Shown: in pieces, positions 1-13,334 of the stretch
Numbering within the stretch: position 1 is the stretch's first letter
Layout: the number at the start of each line of letters is the position of its first letter
From: Ptychomitrium polyphyllum
Lineage: Eukaryota
Length of the DNA: 64,000 nt
Direction of reading: 5' to 3'
Assembly (NCBI GenBank): GCA_973851085.1
Contig: OZ316775.1
Span: 7,626,001 to 7,690,000, forward strand
The notes under the pieces: generated by a model
What the model was told of the DNA's origin: nothing
Databases searched by the model: none
The model's input: the letters and a program-made list of their open reading frames with translations, nothing else
Position numbers and translations under genes: made by a program

Positions 1-3000
1 TTTGACTACAGTAGATGGATTCATCCATATGCTTACTCAATTTGATTTATGTGTCTACAAAGTTAACTGTGTCTACTACTCAACTACAGACTGGTGGCAA
101 CCATATAAATCCATCAAGGTCCCCTTAACATTCTCCAGTAAGGCAACTGCTTACCTTGCAATTAAGGGGGTAAGGCTATTGATGAAGGAAGAAATAAAGG
201 TGGCTCCATTCCCTTTTCTAGGATGATGAATTGCTCTGCCAAAGAATGTTGTGCCCTTGATTTTTTGACATCCAACATTGCTCTATTAAGTAGCATCAAA
301 CTTGATTTTGTTCACTGAAAATAAATTTTCTAAAATTTTCTTCAAACTTTTGAATAACTGACTAAAGTGAAAAGAGGTGTTGTCAAAAAATATAAAGACA
401 AAGTCAGTTCCTTACTTTGTATACATGTTAACAAATCTTACTATTAATTTTGTACAAATTTATTCACAGCCCTCAAAGAATTAATTAGCACTTCATTCAA
501 ATAGTCAAGTCTTTGTACAAGTTTTGAGCAATTCAATGAATTTAAAGATTGAACTGTCAACAATACTCACTTAGACAAACTGATTTCATTAAAATCTTCA
601 ACCACTTTCATAGTATCGTCTAAAATTCCCTAACTCTTTTCAAATGAATTTGTTCTTGATGCCAGCCAATTTCAAGAACCTTGTTCATTGACTTTCACAA
701 AATTTGTAATTCAATTATAGGAAAAAACAATGCAATTGTTTATAATGAAAACAATATCATTTATATCAAGCATGACAACTGTGTTGTTGAACTTGTTAGA
801 TTTTGGCAATGTGGGCTTGAAGATTCTATCTCCATGTTGCAATATTCCATACACATTAAAACATGTGCATATTTAATTTAAATTATAAATTATACATACA
901 AGATTATTGTGACACTCTTTAAAAAAGAAATTGTCTGTGAACTTTATCCATGACAACTATTAAAATATAATCTTTTTCATCACAAAATTGATTATCTATT
1001 ATAACGAAATCACATTAATAAGTTAGTAAAATTGATAGACAATGAATTCCAAGTTCATGAAATTGGTTGGAATCAGCAATAAATTTGATTTGAAAAGAAT
1101 TAAGAAATTGCAAGGTAATCTTAAAACTTGGTTGAAGTTTCTAGTGAAATGTATTAGTTAAAATGTTTTATAGTGCACATGGTTTCTGAAAAAATTTAAA
1201 CCTTATCTCTTGAAAAAATCATAATTAAAATATTGTTACTTCTAATTCTGGTTGAGAAATATCATAAGTAAGAAGGTGTGCAAAGTTGGTATAAGGTTCT
1301 AGTGAAGTTGCTTGGCATGCAGTGACAAAATTCAGATTTTTTTTGAAGTAATTCATCTAATGAAAGGAACAAACTAATCTTAAATCCAGAACAATTTACT
1401 TTTTGTTAAATAGGAAGTACATTCATATTCCTATTTTGTGTTCAATGGACAAATTAATAGAATGTAGCAAATAAAAGATGTTTCATTTAAGAAAAAAACT
1501 TGAAGGTTTTTATTTATTTATTATTTTTAAATATCAATTATTAATGGCTTCAAAAAGAATTCTATGAATAAATTTATTAAAATTGTTTAAGGTAATTAAA
1601 TGAGCCATTGGTGTGACTTCTTGCATATAAATCCAAAAGAAAATCAAATCTTCTTTTAAGCTTTTGCACCTCTTAAGGAGTCTTAATTTGGCACTCATAC
1701 ATTTATAGAAGATAAGCATGGCACTTTAATTCTATAAAAGAGGAAAACTATGCTTTTCATTTTGATATAATCCTTTCATATTTGTAACAAAGCTACACAA
1801 TAATGTTTATTACATTGCATAAGAATGTTTACATTCCATAAAGTTAACTCTCTTAAAATAGAAATGTGTAGCATTTAAAATACTTTAATGCACTAACAAA
1901 TAAGAAGGGAAGAATTTAAAGGACTAACACTATAAAAAAATTCAATAAATAGAATTTAACTCAAAACCAATTCAAATCTTAAAGTCTTAGCATTTTTGCT
2001 ATTTTTGTCTTTATAAAATAATATTGGGATGGAAAAATAAAAGAATTGATATATTTTACATTTAAATCCTATGCATCAAATTAATTAGTTCATTTTGAAT
2101 ATGACTACTTGAATAGATGAACTTTCAACTCAAAAACATCTCATTGGTTGCTCAATTGACATTGTTGCAAGTTCAATCCTAAACCTAAAAGAAATGATTT
2201 GATAACATTTATAACATGAATGAAACATTCTAAAAGATCAACTAAGATACTTTTAATCCAATATTTAGATGTTATACAAAACATATACATATCTTTCCAA
2301 TAAGATTTTATATACTTTGTATGCAAAATTAAGTCATCTACATTTGTAAAATTTTAATAAAAGATTAAAAAATAAAATTTTCCTTCCTTGGTGACAATTT
2401 AATGCATATTCTAATAAAAGAAATTAGAGTAAAAAGTGAAGATATTCCAAGAATGTCTGTAGAACATAAAAAAATGCTATATTCAAGAAAATTGATACAT
2501 AGGTAATATTCAAACATACTTGTATAATGTCATGCAATAATATATTGACATCATGTTTGCACTTACAAATAACACTTAATAGTGGTATTATTCACTATGT
2601 GCGGTAAAAGGATTTGAAAGTTCATTCATACTCAATTTACATGCGAACACTTTAATTTTGGATAACAACTATTTGTAGGTGATTCTACCATACGAAGGTG
2701 CAAACGAAAGATCAAGGAGTTCTTTTGGCAAAGTTGATAGTTCATGCTGACGGTCACAATCCCATGCGGCAGGAATCGGATATCCCAGCAGGGCAAAGTA
2801 CAACAGAACAGAATAGTTCAGTAAGGACACGAATCCCCATAAAGAAGGACAATCGTAGAACTTGATGGGGATAAAATAAGTATGAAGGGTATTGGCTCAA
2901 AACTCGACGTCCTCGAGGAAGGACTCTGGGCCCAAGTTAACAGATAATTTCATCCATGACAGCACGTTATGGGCACGCAAGCCTGCACGTCCTAAGAAAT

Positions 3001-3126
3001 GGGTTGATGATTGCTCATCCACTCCGTCCGTCCTCTTTCAGCCGAGCGACACTAGCCACGTGGCGAAAGCCATCCATTCCTCATTGACGCATGGGAAGTC
3101 GACTTCCTGGTCTAGGTGTACTTTTA

Positions 3127-4935
3127 GAGCATCTCCAAGATTTTAAGAAGCAGAACCTCAGTAACTTTTTACTTTTACCTTTAATTTACTTTTTGAAATG
3201 AATATTTACCTTCTAAATTCTCCTGAGTTCAACCCAATTTTGTTAAAGTGTCTAGATTTTGGATGACCAACGGATTTGAACTCCTTCCTTTGGCATCATT
3301 GATTATTGTTCTCATTTGTCATATCTTCTCTTGATTCTTAGGCTACTTGAACGATTTAGATTTTTGCCAAGATTTCTATATTTTTGTTTTATAAGCAATG
3401 AATTGAAAGTGTATTTCACCAAAACTTAGGACTTTTGATGTTCAAATATCAATCCTTTGAAATTTAATTTCAAACTTTTGATCATTCAATTTTTTAAATT
3501 TTCAATATCACTTTTGGATTCCATTAAAAAAAAGTCAAATAAAAGATTTTCAATATATTTGTTTAAATGAATATGAAAAGAATTTTCAATCTTAGGTTTT
3601 CAAAACTATTTTAATATATTGATAATATGAAAGATGGATTCAATTGTATGTATACAAGCTGAAAAATGTAATTTATAATATTTATTTTTAAATGCCTTTT
3701 TTAATTTGTTTTTAAAATTAAAAAAATAAAATTTTATATCAATTTTTTCCAAAATGTCAATGTTCAAGGAAGCTTGAGGTGGAATTAATATTATTTTTTT
3801 AACCTATGATTAGAACAAGAAAATTGCATTGAATTTCTGACTTCTTTATAAAACTAATGTTCATCAATAATTTGCTCTTTCTACATCTTGGTTTATTTTC
3901 AAAAACATTTATCTTTTAAATGTAACACATGTAAAATCTCCATTAGTTATAGAATTTTGTCTTGATTTGCATTTTTCTAATTCATGAATTTCGTAATTAT
4001 GAATTAAGAATGATATGATTAATGTAATTAATACACATGGAGATTTGGCAAGCTATGTATATTTTGAGTAGATTTATTAATTGAAAATTAAAAAACACAC
4101 CTCAACTTTTATTTTTAATTAATAATTTTATTTAGAAACACAATTTCAAAACTAAAAAACTACAAGGTTCAAAATTTAGTCAAACTCAAGAAAATACTTC
4201 AATATAGAATAAATGCAATTCTTTTTAAGCTTCTTCACATTATTTATGGTTGCAATAAGATTGACAAGATTATTCTAAAAATAAACCTAAAAAATAATAT
4301 TTATGCAAATTCAAAAAAAAATCATTTTTTCTTAAGATAATAACAAAGTGCATTAAGAAACGTTTTTACTTATGAATCAAAGTAATTAACATATTATTCT
4401 TTACACAAGGCTACAAAAAAAAAATTACTAAAAATGATTTCTTGACTAAATTAAAGCAAAAGGATAATATGAAATTCCTTTGTTTATTTGTAATTTTACA
4501 ATAGAAGAATCAAGGTAAGTAAAACTTTTTCAAATGATGTAAGAAAAAAAGTAAAAAATTGTGTAATCTATAATTTTAAAAAAAGGTGTTTAATGTAGTG
4601 TTCTGAGAATTTAGAAGCAAAGCTAAGATAAAGTTATTTCGTATTGAGGACGAACCTATCTTTAGCAATAAGAAACTTCATACTATCAAAGGGGGACCTA
4701 TCCACTCAATGAGAAACTTCATACTATTAAAGGGGGACCTATCCACTCTATGTTGTTCCAAATCCATCATCTGCAAGGAAAGATGCAATATTCATGATAT
4801 TGTAGGATATCATAGATCTAGTACAACCAACACTTACAAGACTTTAGAGCCTACAAAGAAGTAGGTATTCCACCAAAAATTTAAAAAAGTGAATTCTAAG
4901 TAACATATACAACTACTATTCCCCTTGGAGATATC
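3127..4935. mobile_element. Possible decayed non-autonomous PIF/Harbinger-type element
   Basis: TTA+GAGCATCTCCAA at 3124-3138 resembles a Tourist/Harbinger terminus and sits at a GC-to-AT boundary. An imperfect inverse, TTGGAGATATC+TTA, lies at 4925-4938. Confidence 0.25.
4667..4748. repeat. 41-bp tandem duplication (2 copies)
   Basis: aat(a/g)agaaacttcatactat(c/t)aaagggggacctatccactc at 4667-4707 and 4708-4748, with 2 mismatches. Confidence 0.9.
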
Positions 4936-5211
4936 TTAGGGTGGGTGGCATTTCAACAAGTTAAGAGGAAGAAATGTGTTTAAATGTTAGTTGAGATATC
5001 TGAATCAAATCACAGCAAACAGAAGACGACTTCACCCAGCTGGTCAGTTGTGAATTTTACAATGCTTCACAACCTGCTTTAGAAGGGACATTAACAACCT
5101 TATCTGCAACATTTTGAAAAGGAAACAAGCAACTGTATGCATCTTAGTTTCTGGATTGTCACAATCACTGATTTTTAATATTTTCCTTGTAAGACAAGAA
5201 ATTCCCACTGG

Positions 5212-5326
5212 TGCAAAGGGTTGCTTACTTCACCAAAAAGATCATCAAAAAATGCCCATTCTAGATCTTAGGTAGAATTGGGCATTTGTTTGGTAGTCTT
5301 TCTGGTAAAATAAGCAACTCTCTGCA
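5212..5326. repeat. Imperfect 115-nt hairpin (about 52-bp stem); candidate pre-miRNA or tiny foldback element
   Basis: The 5' arm tgcaaagggttgcttacttcaccaaaaagatcatcaaaaaatgcccattcta aligns with the reverse complement of the 3' arm, tgcagagagttgcttattttaccagaaagactaccaaacaaatgcccaattcta. The loop is about 9 nt. Confidence 0.8.
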
Positions 5327-8300
5327 GTATTGTCTATACATGTCCTTGTTTTATTTTTCAATTGTTTATTTGATTAGCATTATGGACTACTCATTTGGTC
5401 AACAACTGGAAATTATGACTAACCATATTCAATAGTGGCACGGTACTTTGATATTTCATACAAGGAATTGTAACATCTGCTTAGGAGTTCTAACATGAGA
5501 TCCTATCAAAATCTATGGTTGCATCTAATTTTCAAAGATTCTTTCCAATGTTTTGGAATGTTATATTTTGTGCCAAACAACTTCTTTTTTGTTATTATTT
5601 TCCTTTTATTTTCTATTTGAATAATAAAAAAATATCCTTCAAATTTTCCTTCAAGCTCTCCATTGGTATTCCATTTTGGTATAAAATTTGCATAACATCT
5701 TTAATAGACCCCTTTAAAATACTTTCTTTCCAAAGATATAATCTCATCATTAGAAGGTACTATTTTAGTATCCAAATTTTCTCCAACTAAGAATTGCAAG
5801 CATTTGCATGCCAAGTCACTGCTATATTCATGCATTTTTGCATTTACTATTATTTACTATTTATTAATTAATTTTCACTCTTTAAGGTGAAGGTGAGTTG
5901 TTTTGGAATGTTACGGAGAAGAAAAAGTACTCCAATTTATATAGGGTATATTCTAAGACATTCATGAAACAAAGATTATGATCAAAGCAAAAAAGCATAT
6001 ATTAGTAAGATTCCATTTAAAGTCTTGACATAGCTCAACAATTAAAGTTTCAAGAATCAAGCATTCTTTTTATGCACATAAAAGTAAACTTTTCATGCAT
6101 ACACATACACATACACAATACTCATGCACAATATTTAGATGAATATGGATAACAAAACACTTTTATAAAGAGGTAAATTGATCTATCATCTTGAACAAGC
6201 TTTATTAGGCTAAATTTTTATCACAAAGGAAAGGTTGGAATTTTAGCAAATAAGAAAAATATGGAATGATTTAATTTAGAACCACTATCTATTAAAAGAA
6301 TGTCTCTTAAAAAAGTAATAGATTATTCATATCTTGACCAATCAATATAGGAATTTATAATTTGGAACATTTACAATTACAATAAATTATGAAATCTAAT
6401 GAGGATTATAATGAATTCTTTAAAGCTTAATGAATAAGTTCATTAAAATATATTATGTGTTTAATGTAATACATAATTAAGAATATAACATGCATTATAA
6501 ACAAATATATTTACTTTTTAATGGATCAAGTTCCTTATTTAAAAGTGGTTCCAAAGCTTCAAACTTATTTTTTGAAAAGCAAATAACTTATTCATTGAAA
6601 TCATATTATTTGGTCATCAATTCTCTACATTTATTTTCTATCCAATTTAGTTTTTGAGAGGTTTTGTATCCAAGTCTGAAATGAGTTTTTAATATGAAGA
6701 GCTAAAAGAAATTGTGATTTATACATTAGATAAATGTGTAGAAAACAACAAATTTTGCTTTTCCAACATGCATTTGTTCAAATAAACATTCGTTGAAAAA
6801 ACGAACACTTGACTTATACCAAATTTATAAAGAACAAAATTTCATTTATTTGATTCCATAAAGACACTAATTTTAAATATGCTCCAATAAAAATTTTGAA
6901 CCATTTAAAAGTTTTTTCAAACATTACAATCTTTTGATATACATGGCTTCATTTCTAGAAATTTTATCCATATTATCTACAACAAAACATTCTATAAGAT
7001 TGTAGGATTGAGGTTTTTTTGTCTTATATTTACTTATACTTATGACATCTCAAAACCAATAATGTTTTTGGTTTTAAAAATGTCTTGTTCAATTTCTGAC
7101 ATTTTTTTTATAGATGAAAAAATGTAAATTATTTAGATTGTGTCTTTATCATAGATTTAATGATGAAGTGTAAACAACTTTGAATTATAATCCATCTACA
7201 ATTATAAACACCATAAAATGTTAAAAGATGATAAATATATTATTTTAAGAGTAGATAACAATATCAACCCCTAAATGTTACATGGAGCATTTAAATGATC
7301 ACTAAAAACCTAATCAAGTGCTTCGGAATCCCATTTCAACCAATTCTTTGAATTACTGCCATATGTCAAGTAGTCTTAGTCATCTACTGAAATTGTTGCA
7401 GTTCACCTTATATTTTCTAAACAGCCCACTTTAAAGCCATATAAGAATACAACCAATGTGTAAAAATCAACAATTTTTTTTGGTGTCTTTTGTATTAACA
7501 ATGGAGGGCAAAAAAAATTCATGAATAAGAAAAGTTCGATGTGAAAATGACCTCCCCAAATGTGGAAGATCAATGACGTTTAAGGGTTAATGAATTTCCA
7601 AAGTAAACCATTGTGCTAATTAAAAGTTATTCTGAACTTTGTCAACCTGCAACCCTCAATATCTTCTCTGGTTAATTTTGCACAGTAACTAAGGCATTTC
7701 GAGGGACTGCATAGAAGCATTTACAGCAAATGATTGAGCAATTGGAATATTAACAGAGAGGAGACGGAGTCATCTGATTAGACACATTGTAATTAAGCTC
7801 AATGTACAAGGCTCGTACATTGCATTCAATTCTGCACTGGACTTGGTCGAAGTGCACAGGGCCTCATGACTCATAAGTACAGTAGTAAAATTCAAATCAT
7901 GAGTACTGTCCAAAGTTATCCCAATTTGATGTACATAATATTGAGTTTGGTGGCCTGCTCTCGATCACACCAAAGTTTGGGCACTGGTGCTTCAATGCAA
8001 CAGGAGATTAAATAATGAAGTAATGGAATGAGGTAAGTGCAATGCATATTACACCAAGTTCACCAATATAAGTGGAAAATAAGAAGCCGGTGAATCTTTT
8101 TGTTGGTTCAGATATTCCATAGCCAATATTGGATAATTGAAATTCTGTTGACGTCCAGATCTTATACTCAAATAAGAGGCTGAACACCACACAAGCGGCG
8201 TTATTACTCCATGACTTACCACTCCTAAGTATTCCCTTTCTGTAGCTCCCTTTCGAAGCCCCTGTACATATTAGCTGGTGCAAAAAATAGAAAAATCGAA

Positions 8301-10178
8301 GCCCATGTACGTATAATGCTGTGCAGAGTGTTATTAGGATTAATGAAGTTATTTTATTTTTTCGCCTTCAGAAAAACGGTTAAAATTAAACATTGCAGAA
8401 GGATAGTTTTGTGTTCGGTATTTTTGTTTTTTCTATTTAGTATTTTTAGAACAAATTAACTTCAATCTGATCAGACCGACCCTGCTGGTCGATCTTAATT
8501 TACATAAACAACGAGACTTGGGCTGAATCGCTACAAATCAGGAGTAGCCCAGATACGCCTTACTTACTAGCCTAGTCAGTTCCCAAGCCTGCCGCTTCGG
8601 GACTCCTTCTATGATCTTGAAATTGATCAATCTTGCCTTGTAGACAATAGATCATAGAAACTCTTCTATTTATGTGAACATAATAAATTATACTTAAAAA
8701 AAATCTTCTACTACTCACACTGACCGCCAGGCCCTGCGCCTCCGTTGCATTCTTCGGTGAACCCTCTGAACCCTCTGCACACCTCGAACGGCACCATTGC
8801 ATCTTGCAAAGGTCCATTCCATATTTAAAGCCTTATTTTAGTGGAAAAATAGGAAATTTAGATTTATGTCTCCCTTCATTCAGTGCTAATGCCCATGCTA
8901 TAATCTATTATTGATTTTTCACATTTCATAATGAGGATGAATTGCTTTAACTATTAAACAATATTATGTTCCATTTTACAAAATTATAAAATCATCAAAG
9001 GCCAAAATGAGACAAAGTAAGAAAATAAGAAAAATTAAATCTTTATAAACAAAAAATAAAATGAAAGCATACATTGAACTTATTAATAAATTCTATTGAG
9101 TGGTTACATTGCTCAAATGTAGGAGCCATAATGAAGTTATGCCAAATCAAAAAACAAAGTGAAACTCAAAGAGCAAGAAAAAGTGACCGTAAATGAAACT
9201 TTGGTTCTAAATTTGTGACCAACAAGATATTTTTACTTTGTGCTTTTCAGGATTCTACTTTGATAATTTAAGGATTTACAAACACAAATATATTAAGGCA
9301 AGCATAAGTGCTCTTTTTTGCTAAGAAATATGGATTGAAAAAAAATACAATCACTACCTCGTATAATCATAACATTTTTAATTCTTTAATAATCAATAAA
9401 GAAAATGTGCTTCTAGTTGGTGTGATGACAATTGGGAAATAATGGGAACAATAGAATTCAAAGAATTAGAATTTGAAATAAAACGTGTTTTTGTATATTT
9501 TTTGTGCATGAAAGGTAAAAAACATTCATTACATTTTTTAGCCGAATGACCGTGCATCACTTTTAAAATGTAACGTTTGGATAGATACTTCACCAAAGTC
9601 AATACTCAACAAAAATAGGCCTTTGGATTGGAGTATTTTTCTAGAACTGATTATGATACAGGGTCAGCTAAAGAATCTGATGTTTTGTTACAAACAGGAA
9701 AAATACAACGGCAAAGAAGCGGACAGACAATCAGCAAAAGACTGTCAAGAGGATGTACAGGATGTACTGGATGTAGTTATTATGGATTTATGGGAGAGAA
9801 AGAACCGGGATTGAATGAGAGAAGTCGTGGTAATTAGGTCAGGGACTTTGAGGTGGAACAGTTTATGAAAGAAAGACTGGTTGTGCAGATTGTGTGCAGG
9901 AAAGCGTTGTAATGGAAGTTTAGATTAATGACGACGTGGTACCAATGGATGGCGGTAACAACTCTCAGCAACTCTGACGGGATTCATTCCTCAATCTTAT
10001 ACGGTTTAGTATGTACGCTTTCCTTTGTTGTCATGCCCTTGGGTCCTTACCCTTCTTTTTCACACTTTCTTTTCACCGTCCAAAGTCCTCCGAATCTTGT
10101 ATTCAAGAAAAGTACTTCCTACACTGCTGTGCACAAGCACTGTCCGAAAAGCAAAAATGACACTCACTAGCAGAGAAA

Positions 10179-10290
10179 TCCAGCACTGTAAATCTACTCG
10201 TCTCCACTGGAGTAACTTCTGTGCTGCACTGAAATGAGTTCATATATCAAGTGGGACGAAGTTGGGGAATGCAACTATGTAGGTGACCAA
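10179..10290 (+). repeat. Diverged copy of the NPH3-proximal upstream segment (partner 11683-11802)
   Basis: Both copies share tccagcactgta(a)aatctactcgt...aacttctg(t/c)gctg...caagtgggac...aact(at/gc)gtaggtga(c/t)caa. Confidence 0.8.
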
Positions 10291-11682
10291 GTCCATGAAT
10301 GTGTTCAATTTATAAGCAAAGTTTCGTTGCATTCAATTCCAATATTGTAGGTCCTTCCAATGCACGGATGTACAATGCTGTTTTGGATCAAATACGTGTT
10401 TATGTATATAATACCTTTGAGTACACAAATTATATATTGTTGTATGTCTCATGTTTGAAATTCATCATTTTATAATATTTAGTATAATACATTTGTATTT
10501 GTAAATCCTATATTGTCTTTGTAGATTCCTTTAGAAGGCATTGAGTAATTTGGTAATAAAAATTAAGTGGATTTTGTGAATTTTGTAAATTTTGTGAATT
10601 TTGTGGATTGAGTGGTTTACTAGTACAACTTGGCTTGGAGCTAGTAGCAACCATTTGTGAACATATGAAATGTTCCTCTAAACTAATAACATAGATGCAA
10701 TGCATTTTGGTTTATTTCATCATAGGTTGTATATATCTACTATTAGTTGATTACTTTGAAGTCCTTTTTTTGTGATAAAGTATATATGGCATGATTTAAA
10801 GCAATGATGTTTGTATCTCTAGATAGTTTTATTGAAATTTTGGAAATACAAAATGTTTATTATAATTTATTCATAGAAAAATATATGTGTATTTGGTTTA
10901 GCTTTAATAGTAATGATCATTAATGGAAAAATATTCCATCCTAATCTTTGAATATTATGTATTAGAAGTAATTATTTATCAATCTTAAAAGAACTCTTTT
11001 AGCAAAAAGTAATTGTAACAATATACAAACTCAATTGTGGTAAGATTTAGATATTTGCAGTGGTTGATTTTGATATGGAGGTTTTTGTATATATATATTG
11101 TTTAAATTAAATTAATTGAATGTTTTATGAAAAATTTACATATTATAGCCCTACAAAAGATTCATAACTAATTATTCCAATAATAATTTCAAAACTCAAA
11201 AATATCAATAATTCCATAAGAAATTTGAAGATTTTAGAACATATTTTTAAATGTCAAATTGTATTTTTGGAAGATTAATTCTTTGATAGTGACCTCCCGA
11301 ACTTATTATTATACTACAATTGTAAAGTGATTTATCATAACATTAAATGGTGCGTGGTGTTATTTCTAATTTTTGATTTTTTGAAAATGGTCCTAATATT
11401 TGATTGGTAATGCTTTGAAGTACATACTTTGGTGATATAATGGTACTATTAATCCTACTCCAATAAATTAACTTTCATCTAAAAAATTATCCATCACATA
11501 TTAAAAACACATTGTTACAAAAAAATCAATTCCCTGCTGCAGATGCTGCCGCTCTTGCATCCAATTGCCAATGTGAACCCCATGAGTTCTTTTTTAGTTT
11601 CCTTGCCACCCTAAACCACCACCGCATGCTGCAGCGCTGCCTATTGTGTACCCAAAGCAGAAGCTCACCAGTAAGCTAGTAC

Positions 11683-11802
11683 TCCAGCACTGTAAAATCT
11701 ACTCGTTTTCACCACAGCAACTTCTGCGCTGTCCTATATCAGAGTACAGTACCGAGCACATACAGTAGACCAAGTGGGACAGAGAACTGCGTAGGTGATC
11801 AA
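11683..11802 (+). repeat. Second copy of the duplicated upstream segment (partner 10179-10290)
   Basis: Same collinear blocks as 10179-10290. Confidence 0.8.
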
Positions 11803-13256
11803 AAACGGCAATACGAGCTCACAACGAGAAACGGCGTGACCTTATTCCAGGAAGGCGAAGGCCGGTGAACGGCTCGCCACCAAAGAGTAATTACAAACAG
11901 TGCATTCATCGCCGCTCTAACTTACTGCGAAGAAACATGGCATGAAAGCAAAGTCTTCGGAGTCAATGTGGAAGTGCTTCACCAGCTTCAATTCCGAAAG
12001 TCAATGCAATTTTCCTTTTTACTTTCAACTGCAGTGCAAGCAAGCAAGCAGAGAGAGGTCGCTGAGTGAAGAAGGATGAAGCTGGTGGGAGTTGTAGTGC
12101 TTGTGATCGGGTGAAAATCGACGGAGAGCGTGCACAAGCGGCCTGGACCACGCGGGCGCCTCGCCTCTGACACCATCGCCAGTTTTGTTGCGCGGCCTTT
12201 TTACCAGGTCCGCTTGAAAGGTGAAGCACTTGTTCGCAGGCTCAGTTTCGTTGGAAGGCCTCTATAGATAGGCGCGCTTTGCTATTTTTTGCCGTCGGTC
12301 TCCCGCACGTCCGCTATAGTTTACTCTTCTGGCTCTGCAGGTATCGTTCGCTTCGTTCCTTTTCTTTGCTTCGTTCTAACTGATGCATTAATCACACGCT
12401 GTCGTTTGCGGTGAGCTATGGTGTAGTCTACCGAGACCATTTTGGTGCTGCTACGGGCCGTGTGCAATTCGTATCGTCTTGCGTCGTGGTTGCTGCTTTC
12501 TGCTGCGCCGTCCTCGACCTCACAGTGAATGATTAGCGTAGTGGCGTGAGTTCGTATCGGCGGCTTGAATAGTCAGTTGCGCCCGGGTTTGGATGTTTGA
12601 GATGCTTTTGCTCAAGCAATAGTGCTGAGAGCTGAGAATGAGCGTAGTGTTTTGTAGTTTAGTGCTTTGCCAGTTCAGATTCCTCTTCAGTTGCACTTCG
12701 GCCATTCTTTTGTGGTCTTGATTTGGCTCTTGTATCCTACGACAAGGATGTGTGCAGCGAGGGGATGAGGTTGCCGACCTACGTGCTTTACTCGACATTT
12801 CGGCTCGTTTTCTTGCTTCTCTAACGAATTGTGATGTAAAGAGGGTTTAGCGAGTTGAGGAGATTTGCGCAGTGAGCGCTTGATGAGTGTGCGCCATACT
12901 CAGAAATCGCTACTTCCTCCCTCTCGTTCGTTTCCTCACAGGGTTTCCACCTGATTCAAACTCTTCAAAGAGGAATGTCATAGCGCTCTTGTAAATGTGT
13001 GGCAGCAGCAGCTGGTCGCTTCTGTTTTCTCGACGTGACTGCGTTCAAATGGTTTTGCTTAGCTGGACCTTTGAAGCCAAATTTTACAACAAATCCACGT
13101 AATAGTCTAGAGCACAAGTTCTTTTGGTACGATTAGCAGTTAGCTCTTACTGGCTCAAAAGACATTCTATTCCAGTCAACTTCTGAACGGATTTCTCTTG
13201 GGAACGAAAGCAACTTTGATTTGTTGATAGGCTTCCAAGCCCGAAGGCTGTGCACA

Positions 13257-13334
13257 ATGTGCTTGCTGGAAATAGGGAGAGGGCTGCTTCTTTCTTTTCC
13301 AAATCAAGAAGTGAAGGTCACTAGACTTGAATGA
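13257..13334 (+). promoter_or_regulatory. 25-aa uORF whose stop overlaps the predicted NPH3-family start codons
   Basis: Translates as MCLLEIGRGLLLSFPNQEVKVTRLE*. Its TGA (13332-13334) lies inside ATGATG (13331-13336). It sits in the predicted exon after the acceptor ttgatag ending at 13230. Confidence 0.5.

Noticed and set aside
1928..1940. CACTATAAAAAAA as a CACTA terminus
   Set aside because: No correctly oriented partner with a 3-bp TSD was found, and the motif is likely by chance in AT-rich DNA.
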